From positions 123,144 through 187,143 of the forward strand of contig CAZSZB010000001.1 of assembly GCA_964611205.1 (NCBI GenBank): a stretch of 64,000 nt of DNA, written 5' to 3'. The notes below the pieces were generated by a model. It was not told where the DNA came from, did no database searches, and saw only the letters and a list, made by a program, of their open reading frames with translations. Positions 18,861 to 28,455 of this stretch are shown piece by piece. The number at the start of each line of letters is the position of its first letter. Position 1 is the stretch's first letter. The stretch comes from an uncultured Candidatus Saccharibacteria bacterium. Lineage in GTDB: Bacteria; Patescibacteriota; Minisyncoccia; Phycocordibacterales; UBA918. Position numbers and translations under genes: made by a program.

Positions 18861-20093
18861 ATGAAAAATTACCTAACTACCTGGATGGCCTTTATTTTTC
18901 TCTTTTTGGCTGCTTTTTTACCGGTTGGCAATATTTATGTGGTGGCTGAAGGTTCAACCGAAGTGCCTATAGTTTATGTCTTTGGACGTGACGATTGTAA
19001 ATTTTGTCTAGCTGAAAAAGATTTTTTAGAAGCAAATAATGCAGATTGGGTTTATTTAAATGTGACAGACGATGATAATGCCAAGGTTTTATTCAATCAA
19101 ATAACAAAAAAGCATGATATTTCGAAAGTCACCCCCGTAACAGTTGTTGGTAGCGCTGTTCTGCAGGGCTACAATAGTGACGATACTACAGGTGAACAAA
19201 TATTAAGGTTAATTGAGAAGGAAAGGGGAACACTTTTTCTTACTATTGAGGAGCATATTGCCGACGCTCCGGCTGTCGATGTGATGTTGGGCAGTGGTTG
19301 TGATGAAGATGGAATTGAGTGTGCTGATGGGGCAGGCTCTTACGTTTTCGATTTGCCTATATTAGGTCTGACTGATTTGAAGAGCTTTTCTCTTTTTACC
19401 TTATCGGTGGTATTGGGCACAATCGACGGTTTTAATCCGTGCGCGATGTGGGTGTTGATCACTTTTCTAGTCCTTCTCTCACAAGCCGGTAGTAAAAGGA
19501 AGATGATTATGTTGGCTGGTATTTTCATAATGGCTGAGGCTATTATGTATAACTTAATCTTAAATGTCTGGTATAAGACTTGGGACTTTGTAGCTTTAGA
19601 TCAAATCGTTACGCCGTTGGTGGGGCTGTTGTCACTAGGAGGAGGAGCTTTCTTTGTTTATCGTTGGTATAAGAATCGTGACGTGGCTTTAGTCTGTGAT
19701 ATTTCGAATGTTAGCTCTCAAACTAAAACTATTGCTAAGTTCCAAAAAATAGTTTCCGAGCCGATTACAATAGCCACCTTGGCAGCTATATTGATTATTG
19801 CGTTTTCTGTTAATATTATTGAATTTGCTTGCTCAATAGGTATTCCGCAAGCCTACACAAAAATCTTAGACCTCAATCTACTGACCTTTATTGAGCGACA
19901 GTTTTATATTTTAGTTTATACAGTCGGTTATATGCTGGATGATTTCTTAGTCTTCGGTCTTGCTATTTGGGGTTATGACAAACTTGAATCCCATGGTCAT
20001 AAGTATTCTCAGTTGTCTCTTATAATCGGCGGCGTGCTGATGGTGTTGCTCGGTGCTCTTCTGGTCTTTAAGCCAGAATTATTAGTTCTCTAG
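18861..20093 (+). CDS. Glutaredoxin-domain membrane protein with DsbD/CcdA-like TM domain
   Basis: CKFC thioredoxin-fold motif, DGFNPCAMW and EFACS TM cysteines. Confidence 0.75.
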   Translation: MKNYLTTWMAFIFLFLAAFLPVGNIYVVAEGSTEVPIVYVFGRDDCKFCLAEKDFLEANNADWVYLNVTDDDNAKVLFNQITKKHDISKVTPVTVVGSAVLQGYNSDDTTGEQILRLIEKERGTLFLTIEEHIADAPAVDVMLGSGCDEDGIECADGAGSYVFDLPILGLTDLKSFSLFTLSVVLGTIDGFNPCAMWVLITFLVLLSQAGSKRKMIMLAGIFIMAEAIMYNLILNVWYKTWDFVALDQIVTPLVGLLSLGGGAFFVYRWYKNRDVALVCDISNVSSQTKTIAKFQKIVSEPITIATLAAILIIAFSVNIIEFACSIGIPQAYTKILDLNLLTFIERQFYILVYTVGYMLDDFLVFGLAIWGYDKLESHGHKYSQLSLIIGGVLMVLLGALLVFKPELLVL

Positions 20094-20111
20094 TGTACAA
20101 TTGTTACTAAT

Positions 20112-21068
20112 ATGGAATTGTTAATATACGTGGAGTGGGCTGTTATCTTAGTTTTAGCTTTGTTTGCTTTAGTCAGGGGGTCCGATACCTTTGTAGTCGG
20201 TGCTAAACAAGTGGGAGCCAGCCTCGGTATGAGTAAATTTGCTATCGGTGTGTTGATAGTTGGTTTTGGTACCTCGTTACCTGAATTAGCCTCTTCAATC
20301 GCAGCTGTTCTAAATGGTGCTACCGAGATTGTGATTGCTAATGCTGTCGGATCTAATATTACAAATATATTGCTGGTGGTGGGTATTTTAGCCACCTTGG
20401 GTGGCCGAATTGTCATTAAGAGGGATTTGATTAAAACTGAACTACCAATTTTCTTCATTTCTACCACTCATTTTTTATTTGTGATTTGGGACGGGGTAGT
20501 AGATCGGGTCGAAGGCGTCCTCTTGCTCGGTACTTTCTGCGCCTACTTGTGGTATCTCTTTGTCGAAGCTAAAGATGAAGATAGTATCGAACTCATTAAA
20601 GAAAATGGTGGCCGACCAATGGTGCAGGCACGTTCTTTGGCTTTTATTATGCTAGGTATCGCGGCCGTCTTGGTTGGAGCACACTATACGGTAGAGATGG
20701 TAATCAATATAGCGACAGCAGCCAAGGTGCCGTTGGGTCTTGTTTCTATCCTAGCCATTGCTATCGGTACTTCACTTCCTGAACTCTCTGTCTCGTTGCA
20801 AGCTTTGAAATCCGGTGATGCTGAATTAGCGATTGGAAATATCTTTGGTTCTAACGCCTTTAATATCTTGGTGGTGGTTGGTATACCAGCCCTGATGGTT
20901 CCATTATTTGCTGATGAGGTTGTGATGAAACTCGGTTTACAAGTTTTGTTGGCTTCCTCTCTGATTCTTTTTGTAAGTGGTTTGTCTAGGCAAATTATGC
21001 GTTGGGAGGGAATTATGATGTTGTTATTTTTTGCTCTCTTTATAACTAAACTATTGGTTTTCTTCTAG
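20112..21068 (+). CDS. Ca2+/Na+ antiporter (YrbG family)
   Basis: Duplicated GTSLPEL and GSN alpha-repeat motifs. Confidence 0.92.
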   Translation: MELLIYVEWAVILVLALFALVRGSDTFVVGAKQVGASLGMSKFAIGVLIVGFGTSLPELASSIAAVLNGATEIVIANAVGSNITNILLVVGILATLGGRIVIKRDLIKTELPIFFISTTHFLFVIWDGVVDRVEGVLLLGTFCAYLWYLFVEAKDEDSIELIKENGGRPMVQARSLAFIMLGIAAVLVGAHYTVEMVINIATAAKVPLGLVSILAIAIGTSLPELSVSLQALKSGDAELAIGNIFGSNAFNILVVVGIPALMVPLFADEVVMKLGLQVLLASSLILFVSGLSRQIMRWEGIMMLLFFALFITKLLVFF

Positions 21069-21122
21069 TTAGAAGCAATTAGGTATTTTTGCTTTCCCTT
21101 GGTATTCCTATATGATGCAGAT

Positions 21123-21812
21123 ATGGAATTTAAGGAAGTTATGCTAATCGATAAAGTAGCCGGAATCACATCGTTCGATGTTATTAGGCGGTTACGGATT
21201 ATCTATAAAGATAAAAACAAAACAAATAAAGCTCCTAAGATGGGACATGCTGGAACGCTAGACCCCTTGGCTACTGGTTTGATGATAATTGGGGTTGGCA
21301 CAGGGACCAAAAAACTGGGTGAACTTATTAAATTAGATAAGGAGTATGTAGCTGAGATACTGATAGGGGAAAGTCGTACTACTAGTGATATGGAAGGTGC
21401 GGTCGTTGGAGCAGTGGATGCTGTTGAGATTTCGCCAGAAGATATAGTTACTGCTGTTAAGAAACTAATTGGCACTATTAAGTTACCAGTATCGGCTTAC
21501 TCTGCCATTAAAAAAGATGGAGTACCGATGTATAAACGGGCGCGTGAGTCAGCTAAACTGGGTGAGATAGTAACTAATGTTCCGTGGCGGGAAATGACTA
21601 TTTATGAAGCCGAGGTGGAGGATATATATGTTGTAAAAGTTTCTGGTATCAAACGAATGATAGTGAAGGTTAGATTTTTTGTAGCTAGTGGTACTTACAT
21701 TCGTTCGTTGGCGGAGAAGTTAGGTTCGGACCTAGGTTATCCGGCCTGTCTTTATTCACTGCGACGCACTAAGATAGGGAAGTTTAGAGTCGAAGATGCT
21801 TTAGAAGTATAA
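21123..21812 (+). CDS. truB: tRNA pseudouridine(55) synthase TruB
   Basis: GHAGTLDPLATG, YSAIKKDG, SGTYIRSL, LRRTKIG. Confidence 0.95.
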   Translation: MEFKEVMLIDKVAGITSFDVIRRLRIIYKDKNKTNKAPKMGHAGTLDPLATGLMIIGVGTGTKKLGELIKLDKEYVAEILIGESRTTSDMEGAVVGAVDAVEISPEDIVTAVKKLIGTIKLPVSAYSAIKKDGVPMYKRARESAKLGEIVTNVPWREMTIYEAEVEDIYVVKVSGIKRMIVKVRFFVASGTYIRSLAEKLGSDLGYPACLYSLRRTKIGKFRVEDALEV

Positions 21813-21817
21813 AATAA

Positions 21818-21848
21818 GGCCCGGGTTGCTTAGTGTGCATCCCAGGCC
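21818..21848 (-). terminator. Terminator for the 21855-22049 orphan
   Basis: GGCCTGGGATGC...GCAACCCGGGCC-TTATTTT on the minus strand. Confidence 0.6.
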
Positions 21849-21854
21849 AAGTGC

Positions 21855-22049
21855 TTATTCGTCGATCCGTTCCAACTTACCGTCGGCTGCTCTGATGCAA
21901 GGATGACCGTGCACTAGAACGATACCTTCAGGCAAACCGTTTGGATAGGTATGCTCGAGAAAGTCATCTGGTTTGGAGGTAGGGAAGATGTGTCGCTCAT
22001 CACCTTCCTCACCAATCCAGTTTCTCTCACCTCTTTTTCGTTTGCTCAT
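21855..22049 (-). CDS. Small orphan protein (64 aa, MSKRKRGERNW...)
   Basis: GGGGGT SD-like motif before ATG 22049, TTTACA promoter-like element upstream, own terminator. Confidence 0.6.
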   Translation of the reverse strand: MSKRKRGERNWIGEEGDERHIFPTSKPDDFLEHTYPNGLPEGIVLVHGHPCIRAADGKLERIDE

Positions 22050-22136
22050 TTTAGACCCCCGTTTAAAGTGGTCCCCCCAGGCAAACATTACTAGTATTAA
22101 AACACTTTTAAAGATTTTGTAAAGACTAAATAGAAA

Positions 22137-22162
22137 AGGACGCCACACAGATGCGGCGTCCT
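22137..22162 (-). terminator. Terminator for the 22190-22447 orphan
   Basis: AGGACGCC...GGCGTCCT-TTTCT on the minus strand. Confidence 0.7.
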
Positions 22163-22189
22163 AGGAGGGGCCTGAAGCCCAGGATAGGC

Positions 22190-22447
22190 TCAGGTCCATT
22201 CAATTCCGTCCTCGTCTACGATGGACAGATCAGGATCGTAGCAGCCCAACTGGTTGCCCGGCTGGTTTTTTCCGGACATGTCCGTCTGCTTACGCAGAGC
22301 AGTGTTGGCCGTGATGACCTCCTCCAGATCCTTCTTTTCTTTTCTGCGGCGGGCGGATTCTTTGCCACCTTTGCTGGAAAGGTAGCGGTGATGTTCTGGA
22401 TCTTCTTCAGCCAAACGCCGAAAGAAGTCAGCAGATTTTTTACCCAT
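22190..22447 (-). CDS. Small protein with a KGG stress-protein-like motif (85 aa)
   Basis: AAGGAGGT SD; DPEHHRYLSSKGGKES resembles the KGG repeat of YciG/GsiB-type proteins. Confidence 0.65.
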   Translation of the reverse strand: MGKKSADFFRRLAEEDPEHHRYLSSKGGKESARRRKEKKDLEEVITANTALRKQTDMSGKNQPGNQLGCYDPDLSIVDEDGIEWT

Positions 22448-22581
22448 TGGGACCTCCTTGTTATGGGTTCTGCTACTATTAAACAACAAATTGAACAAAA
22501 AGTCTAGACTAGTTGATTATGTAATAAATTATCCTATTAAACAGGTTTGCAGATAACTATATCGAAGGTAGTATTAAAATT

Positions 22582-22791
22582 ATGGAATCAGAAAAATCAC
22601 ATACCCCCAATTTCAACGAGGCTATGCTACATTTGCAGTCTTTAAGAGCTAGGTTTGCCAGTGAAGGCAATGTAGATAGTGAGTTTGATCAATTAGCAAA
22701 CGTAGAAAAGAGGCTTTTAGTTGGAGATATAACAGCGAAAGAAGCTATGGAAGAAGGTAATAGAATAGCAGCTGGCCGGATTGAACGCTAG
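22582..22791 (+). CDS. Small hypothetical protein (69 aa)
   Basis: ATG ORF with normal genome composition filling the gap between divergent and convergent genes. Confidence 0.6.
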   Translation: MESEKSHTPNFNEAMLHLQSLRARFASEGNVDSEFDQLANVEKRLLVGDITAKEAMEEGNRIAAGRIER

Positions 22792-22828
22792 AGTGCTGAT
22801 AATTATTTTTTCAAAATAACCACTTAGG

Positions 22829-23284
22829 TTATTCGAAAAGAGACTCGACTACAGCTTTAACATCACCACCGTCGGCTTGACCGTTTAGTTCTTTCATAAC
22901 GGCTCCGATTAAAACACCCATTTTACTTTTGTCAGTTACATTCAGTTCAGCTTTTTTGGCTTCGGCAATGGGTTTTATTTCATCTTGACTCATTAGGGTT
23001 GGTAAGTAACTTTCCAAAATAATTAACTCTTCCTTTTCTGGTACGGCTAACTCGGGCCTGTTAGCAGCTTCGTACTGTACGATAGATTCCTTTCTTTGTT
23101 TGGCAAGGCGTTTTATGACATCAAGAACCTTATCATCCTCTAATATTTCCTGTGGAGTGTGTCCAGTCGCTACTAATTCGTTAGTAAAAGCTGTCAGCAT
23201 CTGTCTAATTGTTCGTAAACGAACTTCCTCTTTAGCTTTCAAAGCTTCTTTGAGCGAGGCTTTAATATCTTCATGTAATCCCAT
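22829..23284 (-). CDS. GatB/YqeY domain protein
   Basis: KQRKESIVQY...ESYLP...KMGVLIGAVMKELNGQADG YqeY pattern; start MGLHEDIK. Confidence 0.9.
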   Translation of the reverse strand: MGLHEDIKASLKEALKAKEEVRLRTIRQMLTAFTNELVATGHTPQEILEDDKVLDVIKRLAKQRKESIVQYEAANRPELAVPEKEELIILESYLPTLMSQDEIKPIAEAKKAELNVTDKSKMGVLIGAVMKELNGQADGGDVKAVVESLFE

Positions 23285-23326
23285 ATATTTTATTTGTCTA
23301 TTGACTAGTCTTGCTATACTAACACT

Positions 23327-26011
23327 ATGAAAGGTTCTTCCCAAGAGGTTTTATGGTGTGAAGGCTCATCATTGGAGCAGTATGTTTATCATGCCCACGA
23401 TTATCGTGAAGTTTTAGAAATCTTAAAAACTAACGCAGAGGGCCTTGAGGAAGAAGAGGTTAAAACGAGACAAAATAAATATGGTTTAAACCAGTTTACT
23501 AAGAAAGACTCGGAAAAGCTTTGGAAAACAATATATAAACATTTACGCAGCCCCCTTGTCTTCGTACTTTTGTCGACACTGGCTGTAACAATAGCTTTAT
23601 CTGAATATGTAGACGCTATTGTGATTGCGTTAGCTCTGGCTGTAGCCGTCATTATCAGTATTTTGCAAGAAGGTAAAGCATCTAAAGCTTTTTCGAAACT
23701 AAAGAAATCGCAATCACATTTTGCTACTGTTTTACGAGCCGGTTCTCCGCACAAAATAACAGCTGAAACTGTGACGATAGGTGATATCGTTATCTTAGAA
23801 AGCGGTATGAAAGTACCGGCAGATTTACGTCTGCTAAAAACAAAGCAACTTTCTATAAATGAAGAAGCTTTAACTGGAGAGTGGGTGGCGGTAGAAAAAC
23901 ACACTAAGGCTGTCGCCGTCGGAGCACCTTTGCCAGAACGAAACAATATGGCTTGGTTGGGGACTTATGTTGCCAAGGGTTATGGTTTGGGAATAGTTAC
24001 TGCCATTGGAGACGATACTGAAGTCGGCAAATTAGCTGGTTTGGTAGATGATATAAAAGACACCAAAACACCTTTGCAGATTGAGATGGAGAGGATTTCT
24101 CATTTTATGCTCTACATCATTGGAGGCTTGGTAGTCTTCATATTTTTAATAGGGTTATTACAAGGACAACCTTTGCAGGAGATGCTACTGACTTCTGTGG
24201 CGGTGGCGGTAGCTTCGATTCCAGAAGGGTTGCCAGCGGCTGTGACCATTATCTTAGCTGTAGGGATGGAAGCTTTGCTTAAACGAGGAGGTTTGATGCG
24301 TAGTTTGATAGCAGCCGAAACTTTAGGTTCTACCACTTATGTTTTAACTGATAAAACTGGGACATTAACGGAAGCTAAGATGACTGTTAAGGGAATGATT
24401 AACGGTAAAGGTGTTTACTTAGACGGTGGTGATTTTACCGAGATGGAAGAAGTAAAAAAAGCTTTTAAAATAGCTCTGGTTGCGTCAAATGCTTATGTAG
24501 ACCAGGTAGCTGAGAAAAAAATCCTACGCGGTGACCCTCTAGAACAGGCTATTTTACGGCAGGCAAATAAGTTGCAGATTAAAGTATCCGATCCAACCTA
24601 CCGCAATGAACGACTGGATTTTTTAGCTTTCGATTCTGAGCAACGTTTCGCAGCTGGCCTAAGTAAATTCACTGATAAGGAAAATTATTTATGTATTAAT
24701 GGCTCACCGGCCTTATTGATAGCTTCCGCCAATAAAGTCTTATTTAAGCGCGGGGAAGAGAAGTTTCTGCCGGAACAAAAACAGGTCGTATTGGATGAAA
24801 TAGAGAATCAAACGACAAAAGGGAAAAGGTTGTTTGCTATTGCTTATAAGAAAGTAGAATATGAGGAAATTACATCCAGCAGTAAAGATTTATTGAAGGA
24901 TATAGTTTTGGTGGGGGTTGTTGTTTTAGATGATCCTGTACGTCCAGGCGTGACTGAAGTGATCTTGAGTGTGCAGGAAGCTGGTGCAGAGGTGATGCTG
25001 ATAACTGGTGATAATGCCAAGACGGCTTTGGCAGTAGCTCGCGATGTTGGTATCGCTAAATCAGGCGATACCGTGCTGGTGGGTTCTGAGTTGGAAAAAA
25101 TGTCGGATAATGATTTGTTAACAGCTTTTAGAAAGGTTAAAGTTTTTGCTCGTATTTTACCCAAACAGAAGATGCGTATAGCTAGCTTACTGCAACAAAG
25201 AGGAGAGATAGTTGCGATGACTGGTGACGGTATAAATGACGCCCCAGCGCTGCGTCGAGCTAATATTGGAATTGCAATTGGATCAGGAACGGAGGTGGCT
25301 AAGGAGTCCTCTGACTTGATATTGGTCAATGATTCTTTTGCTACTATTCACCATGCCATAGAGGAGGGGAGACGAATCATCAATAACTTACGTAAGGTGG
25401 TTGGCTATCTATTATCCACCAGTTTATCCGAGGCGGTATTGATAACTGTAGCCTTACTATTGGGTGCGGCTGTGCCTATATTGCCAACCCAAATTCTTTG
25501 GGCAAATATTATTGAGGAAGGCTTGATGAGCGTTGCTTTTGCGTTTGAGAAAGGTGATAAGGATTTGATGAAACAAAAGCCTCAAGATATTCAAGATGAA
25601 GGAATTCTTTCAAAAAGTATGTTGTGGTTTATGGCCTACGTGGTGACTATTTTAAGTATGATGATAGTAGGTATATATCTCTATTTCTTAAACCAAGGCC
25701 TAGAGATAGATAAACTACGAAGTGTGATGTTCATCACTATATCCGTCGATTCTCTTTTCCTAGCTTTTGCCTTCCGGTCACTAACGCTGCCTGCTTGGCG
25801 GATGTCGCTGAAAGATAATAAGTTTTTTATAGGTTCTTTCTTTGTAAGTTTCGCTTTGCTCTTGGCAGTAATCGAAGTACCTTTTTTCCAAAAATTACTC
25901 CACTATGAGCCACTTACTTTGAATCAGTTTGTAATTATTGGTTGCTTTGGACTTCTTTCATTGCTCGTTATAGAGACTGGAAAATGGCTATATTTCAGAA
26001 ATAAAGTTTAA
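23327..26011 (+). CDS. Cation-transporting P-type ATPase (P2A-like)
   Basis: LTGE, IPEGLP, DKTGTLT phosphorylation site, TGDN, GDGINDAPAL. Confidence 0.93.
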   Translation: MKGSSQEVLWCEGSSLEQYVYHAHDYREVLEILKTNAEGLEEEEVKTRQNKYGLNQFTKKDSEKLWKTIYKHLRSPLVFVLLSTLAVTIALSEYVDAIVIALALAVAVIISILQEGKASKAFSKLKKSQSHFATVLRAGSPHKITAETVTIGDIVILESGMKVPADLRLLKTKQLSINEEALTGEWVAVEKHTKAVAVGAPLPERNNMAWLGTYVAKGYGLGIVTAIGDDTEVGKLAGLVDDIKDTKTPLQIEMERISHFMLYIIGGLVVFIFLIGLLQGQPLQEMLLTSVAVAVASIPEGLPAAVTIILAVGMEALLKRGGLMRSLIAAETLGSTTYVLTDKTGTLTEAKMTVKGMINGKGVYLDGGDFTEMEEVKKAFKIALVASNAYVDQVAEKKILRGDPLEQAILRQANKLQIKVSDPTYRNERLDFLAFDSEQRFAAGLSKFTDKENYLCINGSPALLIASANKVLFKRGEEKFLPEQKQVVLDEIENQTTKGKRLFAIAYKKVEYEEITSSSKDLLKDIVLVGVVVLDDPVRPGVTEVILSVQEAGAEVMLITGDNAKTALAVARDVGIAKSGDTVLVGSELEKMSDNDLLTAFRKVKVFARILPKQKMRIASLLQQRGEIVAMTGDGINDAPALRRANIGIAIGSGTEVAKESSDLILVNDSFATIHHAIEEGRRIINNLRKVVGYLLSTSLSEAVLITVALLLGAAVPILPTQILWANIIEEGLMSVAFAFEKGDKDLMKQKPQDIQDEGILSKSMLWFMAYVVTILSMMIVGIYLYFLNQGLEIDKLRSVMFITISVDSLFLAFAFRSLTLPAWRMSLKDNKFFIGSFFVSFALLLAVIEVPFFQKLLHYEPLTLNQFVIIGCFGLLSLLVIETGKWLYFRNKV

Positions 26012-26050
26012 TTATCTGACATAAATACAGACGTGTTATAATCATCTCGT

Positions 26051-27133
26051 ATGGATATTCTACAGATGTTAGCAGTATTGCTATTGATAGTCGTTTTGCT
26101 TATTTTGCTTTATGACTCTTTTCTAAAACCTGAAAAAAAATCAGATGACAAAGGTATGTTGCTGTTGCAACAACAATTACAACAGCTTACAGACACGATG
26201 GACCGCAAGATTGGGGAAGCTAATAAATCAATGCAAGAGGGGAGCCGGCTGCAATTTAGAGAGAGTAAAGAACTGATTCAGGAAATAAATCGGGAAGTAA
26301 ATGAGCAACTTCGAGGAGTAATTAAGGGAGTGTCTGAGGTGCAGGAAAGTTCCAAGCAAGTCTTTACGGTGGCAGAGCAGTTACAGAACCTCGAAAAAGT
26401 TTTAAAGCACCAAAAACAACGTGGTAATTTGGGAGAAGCCAGTTTGCAACTTGCTCTAGAAAATATCCTAGATGCCACTTCATTCGAGATGCAACACCTC
26501 TTCCCGGGTGGTGAAACGGTAGATGCGGTGATATTCACAAAGGAAGGAATGATTCCGATTGATGCTAAGTTTTCTCTCGATAATTATCGTCGATTGGTTG
26601 ATGAAACCAATGAGCAACAAAAAGAAATTTTAGAAAAAGAATTCAAGAATGATCTAAAAAAGCGTATTGATGAAACAGCAAAATACATCCGCCCTAAAGA
26701 CGGCACTTTACCATTTGCCTTTATGTATATTCCAGCGGAAGCGATCTATTATGATCTCTTGGTCAATGAAGTCGGTTCAGTGAAAATTAATACCCGTAGT
26801 TTGATTGATTACGCTTATAAAGATAAAAACGTGATTATTGTCTCACCGACGACTTTCGCTGCATACTTGCAATCAGTTCTTTATGGTTTCCGGGCTTTCA
26901 AGATAGAGGAAGGGGCTAAGGAGATCCAGAAGAATGTCGAAAAGTTATCTCGTCACCTGCAGGCCTATAACCAGTATTTTGAAAAATTAGGTAACACTCT
27001 AGGTACTACAGTTAATCATTACAATACGGCTAGTAAAGAATTAGGTAAAATCGAAAAAGATGTCACGAAGATCACTGGCGCCAGTCCAGAAATAGAAATC
27101 TTAACACTCGATAAACCATCTCAATCAGATTAA
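26051..27133 (+). CDS. rmuC: DNA recombination protein RmuC
   Basis: N-terminal TM, coiled coil, RGNLGE, IDAKF, FMYIPAE, VSPTT. Confidence 0.92.
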   Translation: MDILQMLAVLLLIVVLLILLYDSFLKPEKKSDDKGMLLLQQQLQQLTDTMDRKIGEANKSMQEGSRLQFRESKELIQEINREVNEQLRGVIKGVSEVQESSKQVFTVAEQLQNLEKVLKHQKQRGNLGEASLQLALENILDATSFEMQHLFPGGETVDAVIFTKEGMIPIDAKFSLDNYRRLVDETNEQQKEILEKEFKNDLKKRIDETAKYIRPKDGTLPFAFMYIPAEAIYYDLLVNEVGSVKINTRSLIDYAYKDKNVIIVSPTTFAAYLQSVLYGFRAFKIEEGAKEIQKNVEKLSRHLQAYNQYFEKLGNTLGTTVNHYNTASKELGKIEKDVTKITGASPEIEILTLDKPSQSD

Positions 27134-27146
27134 TTTGACTTGAAAA

Positions 27147-27182
27147 ATGCCCCATACTGAGACATTTCTCAGTATGGGGCAT
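27147..27182. terminator. 16-bp perfect-stem terminator
   Basis: ATGCCCCATACTGAGA-CATT-TCTCAGTATGGGGCAT, T tract on the minus strand. Confidence 0.8.
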
Positions 27183-27206
27183 GAGTCTGTGGTCGCTCCA
27201 CGTCTT

Positions 27207-27569
27207 TCAAAGAGGGCGCATTGGAGGGACTCGTCTTGCTTTGAGTCGAGTTTCCAGGCAGTCTTTCTCTTTGAAAAAAACCCGAGCATAACTGACAAAT
27301 GAGGCCTGTTGGTTGGCGGTTAAGCCAATACAGGGCACATATACATTCCAGACCACTATTCTATCCTTCGCTAAAGTCCAGAGTTGAACCTCTTTCCGGA
27401 AACGGATCCGGTATTTCATACCTCTTATCTTGTTGTTCTCAACGCTGAGGGTCAGGTTTTCTGGTCCGCATATGTATGAGTGCAAAGGTAAGGCTGAAAG
27501 ATTGGTAATCCAGCGCTTTTTCAATTGTGGCATCTTGATGACGATCGTGCAGTCGAGTTTCTGAGTCAT
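27207..27569 (-). CDS. Basic orphan protein (120 aa, MTQKLDC...)
   Basis: GGGAGAAGGG purine tract before ATG 27569, TTGTAT-17-TAAATT upstream, own terminator. Confidence 0.55.
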   Translation of the reverse strand: MTQKLDCTIVIKMPQLKKRWITNLSALPLHSYICGPENLTLSVENNKIRGMKYRIRFRKEVQLWTLAKDRIVVWNVYVPCIGLTANQQASFVSYARVFFKEKDCLETRLKARRVPPMRPL

Positions 27570-27732
27570 TAGTAGAACCCTTCTCCCTGGTTGCAGGTCT
27601 GTTGCAAATTTACAATATCCTATTGCAAAATACAAGTTTTTCTTGTACTATTTGGCTCATTATTGTTTCTAGAGTAGTTATTGCCACCCGATCAGCAGTG
27701 ACGTTTAGATGATAAATATTTAATTTATAAAC

Positions 27733-28050
27733 ATGGTAAACAAAGAAGATAATTTTGCAGTAATTGAAACTGGAGGAAAACAATATATTGTTTCTACTGG
27801 CGATATTCTTGATATTGAATTACTAGACGGCAACTTAGAAGAAGGGGCTGTTGTGGAATTCGATCAGGTATTAATGAAAAACGACAAGGTAGGTACTCCT
27901 TTAGTTGAAGGAACCAAAGTTAAGGCTAAACTGTTGGGTGAGAAGAAAGGAAAGAAAATTTCTATACTACGCTTCAAAGCTAAGAGTAATCGTAGCCGAA
28001 AACAGGGACACCGCCAAAAATACTCCCGGGTAGAAATCACAGCTATTTAA
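27733..28050 (+). CDS. rplU: 50S ribosomal protein L21
   Basis: FAVIETGGKQY and GHRQKY motifs. Confidence 0.97.
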   Translation: MVNKEDNFAVIETGGKQYIVSTGDILDIELLDGNLEEGAVVEFDQVLMKNDKVGTPLVEGTKVKAKLLGEKKGKKISILRFKAKSNRSRKQGHRQKYSRVEITAI

Positions 28051-28080
28051 CAAAAAGCCGCTCATGAGAGCGGCTTTTTG
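28051..28080 (+). terminator. Terminator after rplU
   Basis: CAAAAAGCCGCTC-ATGA-GAGCGGCTTTTTG. Confidence 0.85.
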
Positions 28081-28094
28081 TTATAATAAATATT

Positions 28095-28433
28095 ATGGAA
28101 AGTTTAGATAAAGAAAGTATAGAGAGTAATAAAAATCGTCAAAATGAGTTAGCTCATAAGATAAGAGAATTTAAAAATCAGATAGTCGATTCTCGAGATA
28201 TAGATAAAATATTGAAATTGAATGATTTAATAATTGATTGGGATAAAAATCTGAAAGCAGAATGTCGAGAAAGGTTTGGCTCTACACAGGGGTTGCAAGC
28301 GGTTAAAGGCTGGCAAGTGCTGGTTGGTGGTTCAGAGGAAGAAGAGAATGATAGATTAGATTCTAGACAGAGAGATTTTTTATTAAACGCAGTCGAAAAA
28401 TTTTACGAAGAATTAGAGGAAATGAATTGGTAA
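28095..28433 (+). CDS. Hypothetical acidic helical protein
   Basis: 112-aa ORF with TG-n-TATAAT 7 nt before ATG. Confidence 0.65.
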   Translation: MESLDKESIESNKNRQNELAHKIREFKNQIVDSRDIDKILKLNDLIIDWDKNLKAECRERFGSTQGLQAVKGWQVLVGGSEEEENDRLDSRQRDFLLNAVEKFYEELEEMNW

Positions 28434-28455
28434 ATATAACTGGTACAAAATTAAA

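Noticed and set aside
22582-22791. Resemblance to VbhA-type antitoxins (SEG...GDIT..EA)
   Set aside because: Similarity is weak and no Fic toxin gene is adjacent
23401-25329. Long antisense ORFs inside the P-type ATPase (and similar ones in ROK, SPFH, the amidinotransferase and others)
   Set aside because: Shadow frames of well-supported genes without recognisable motifs or start signals
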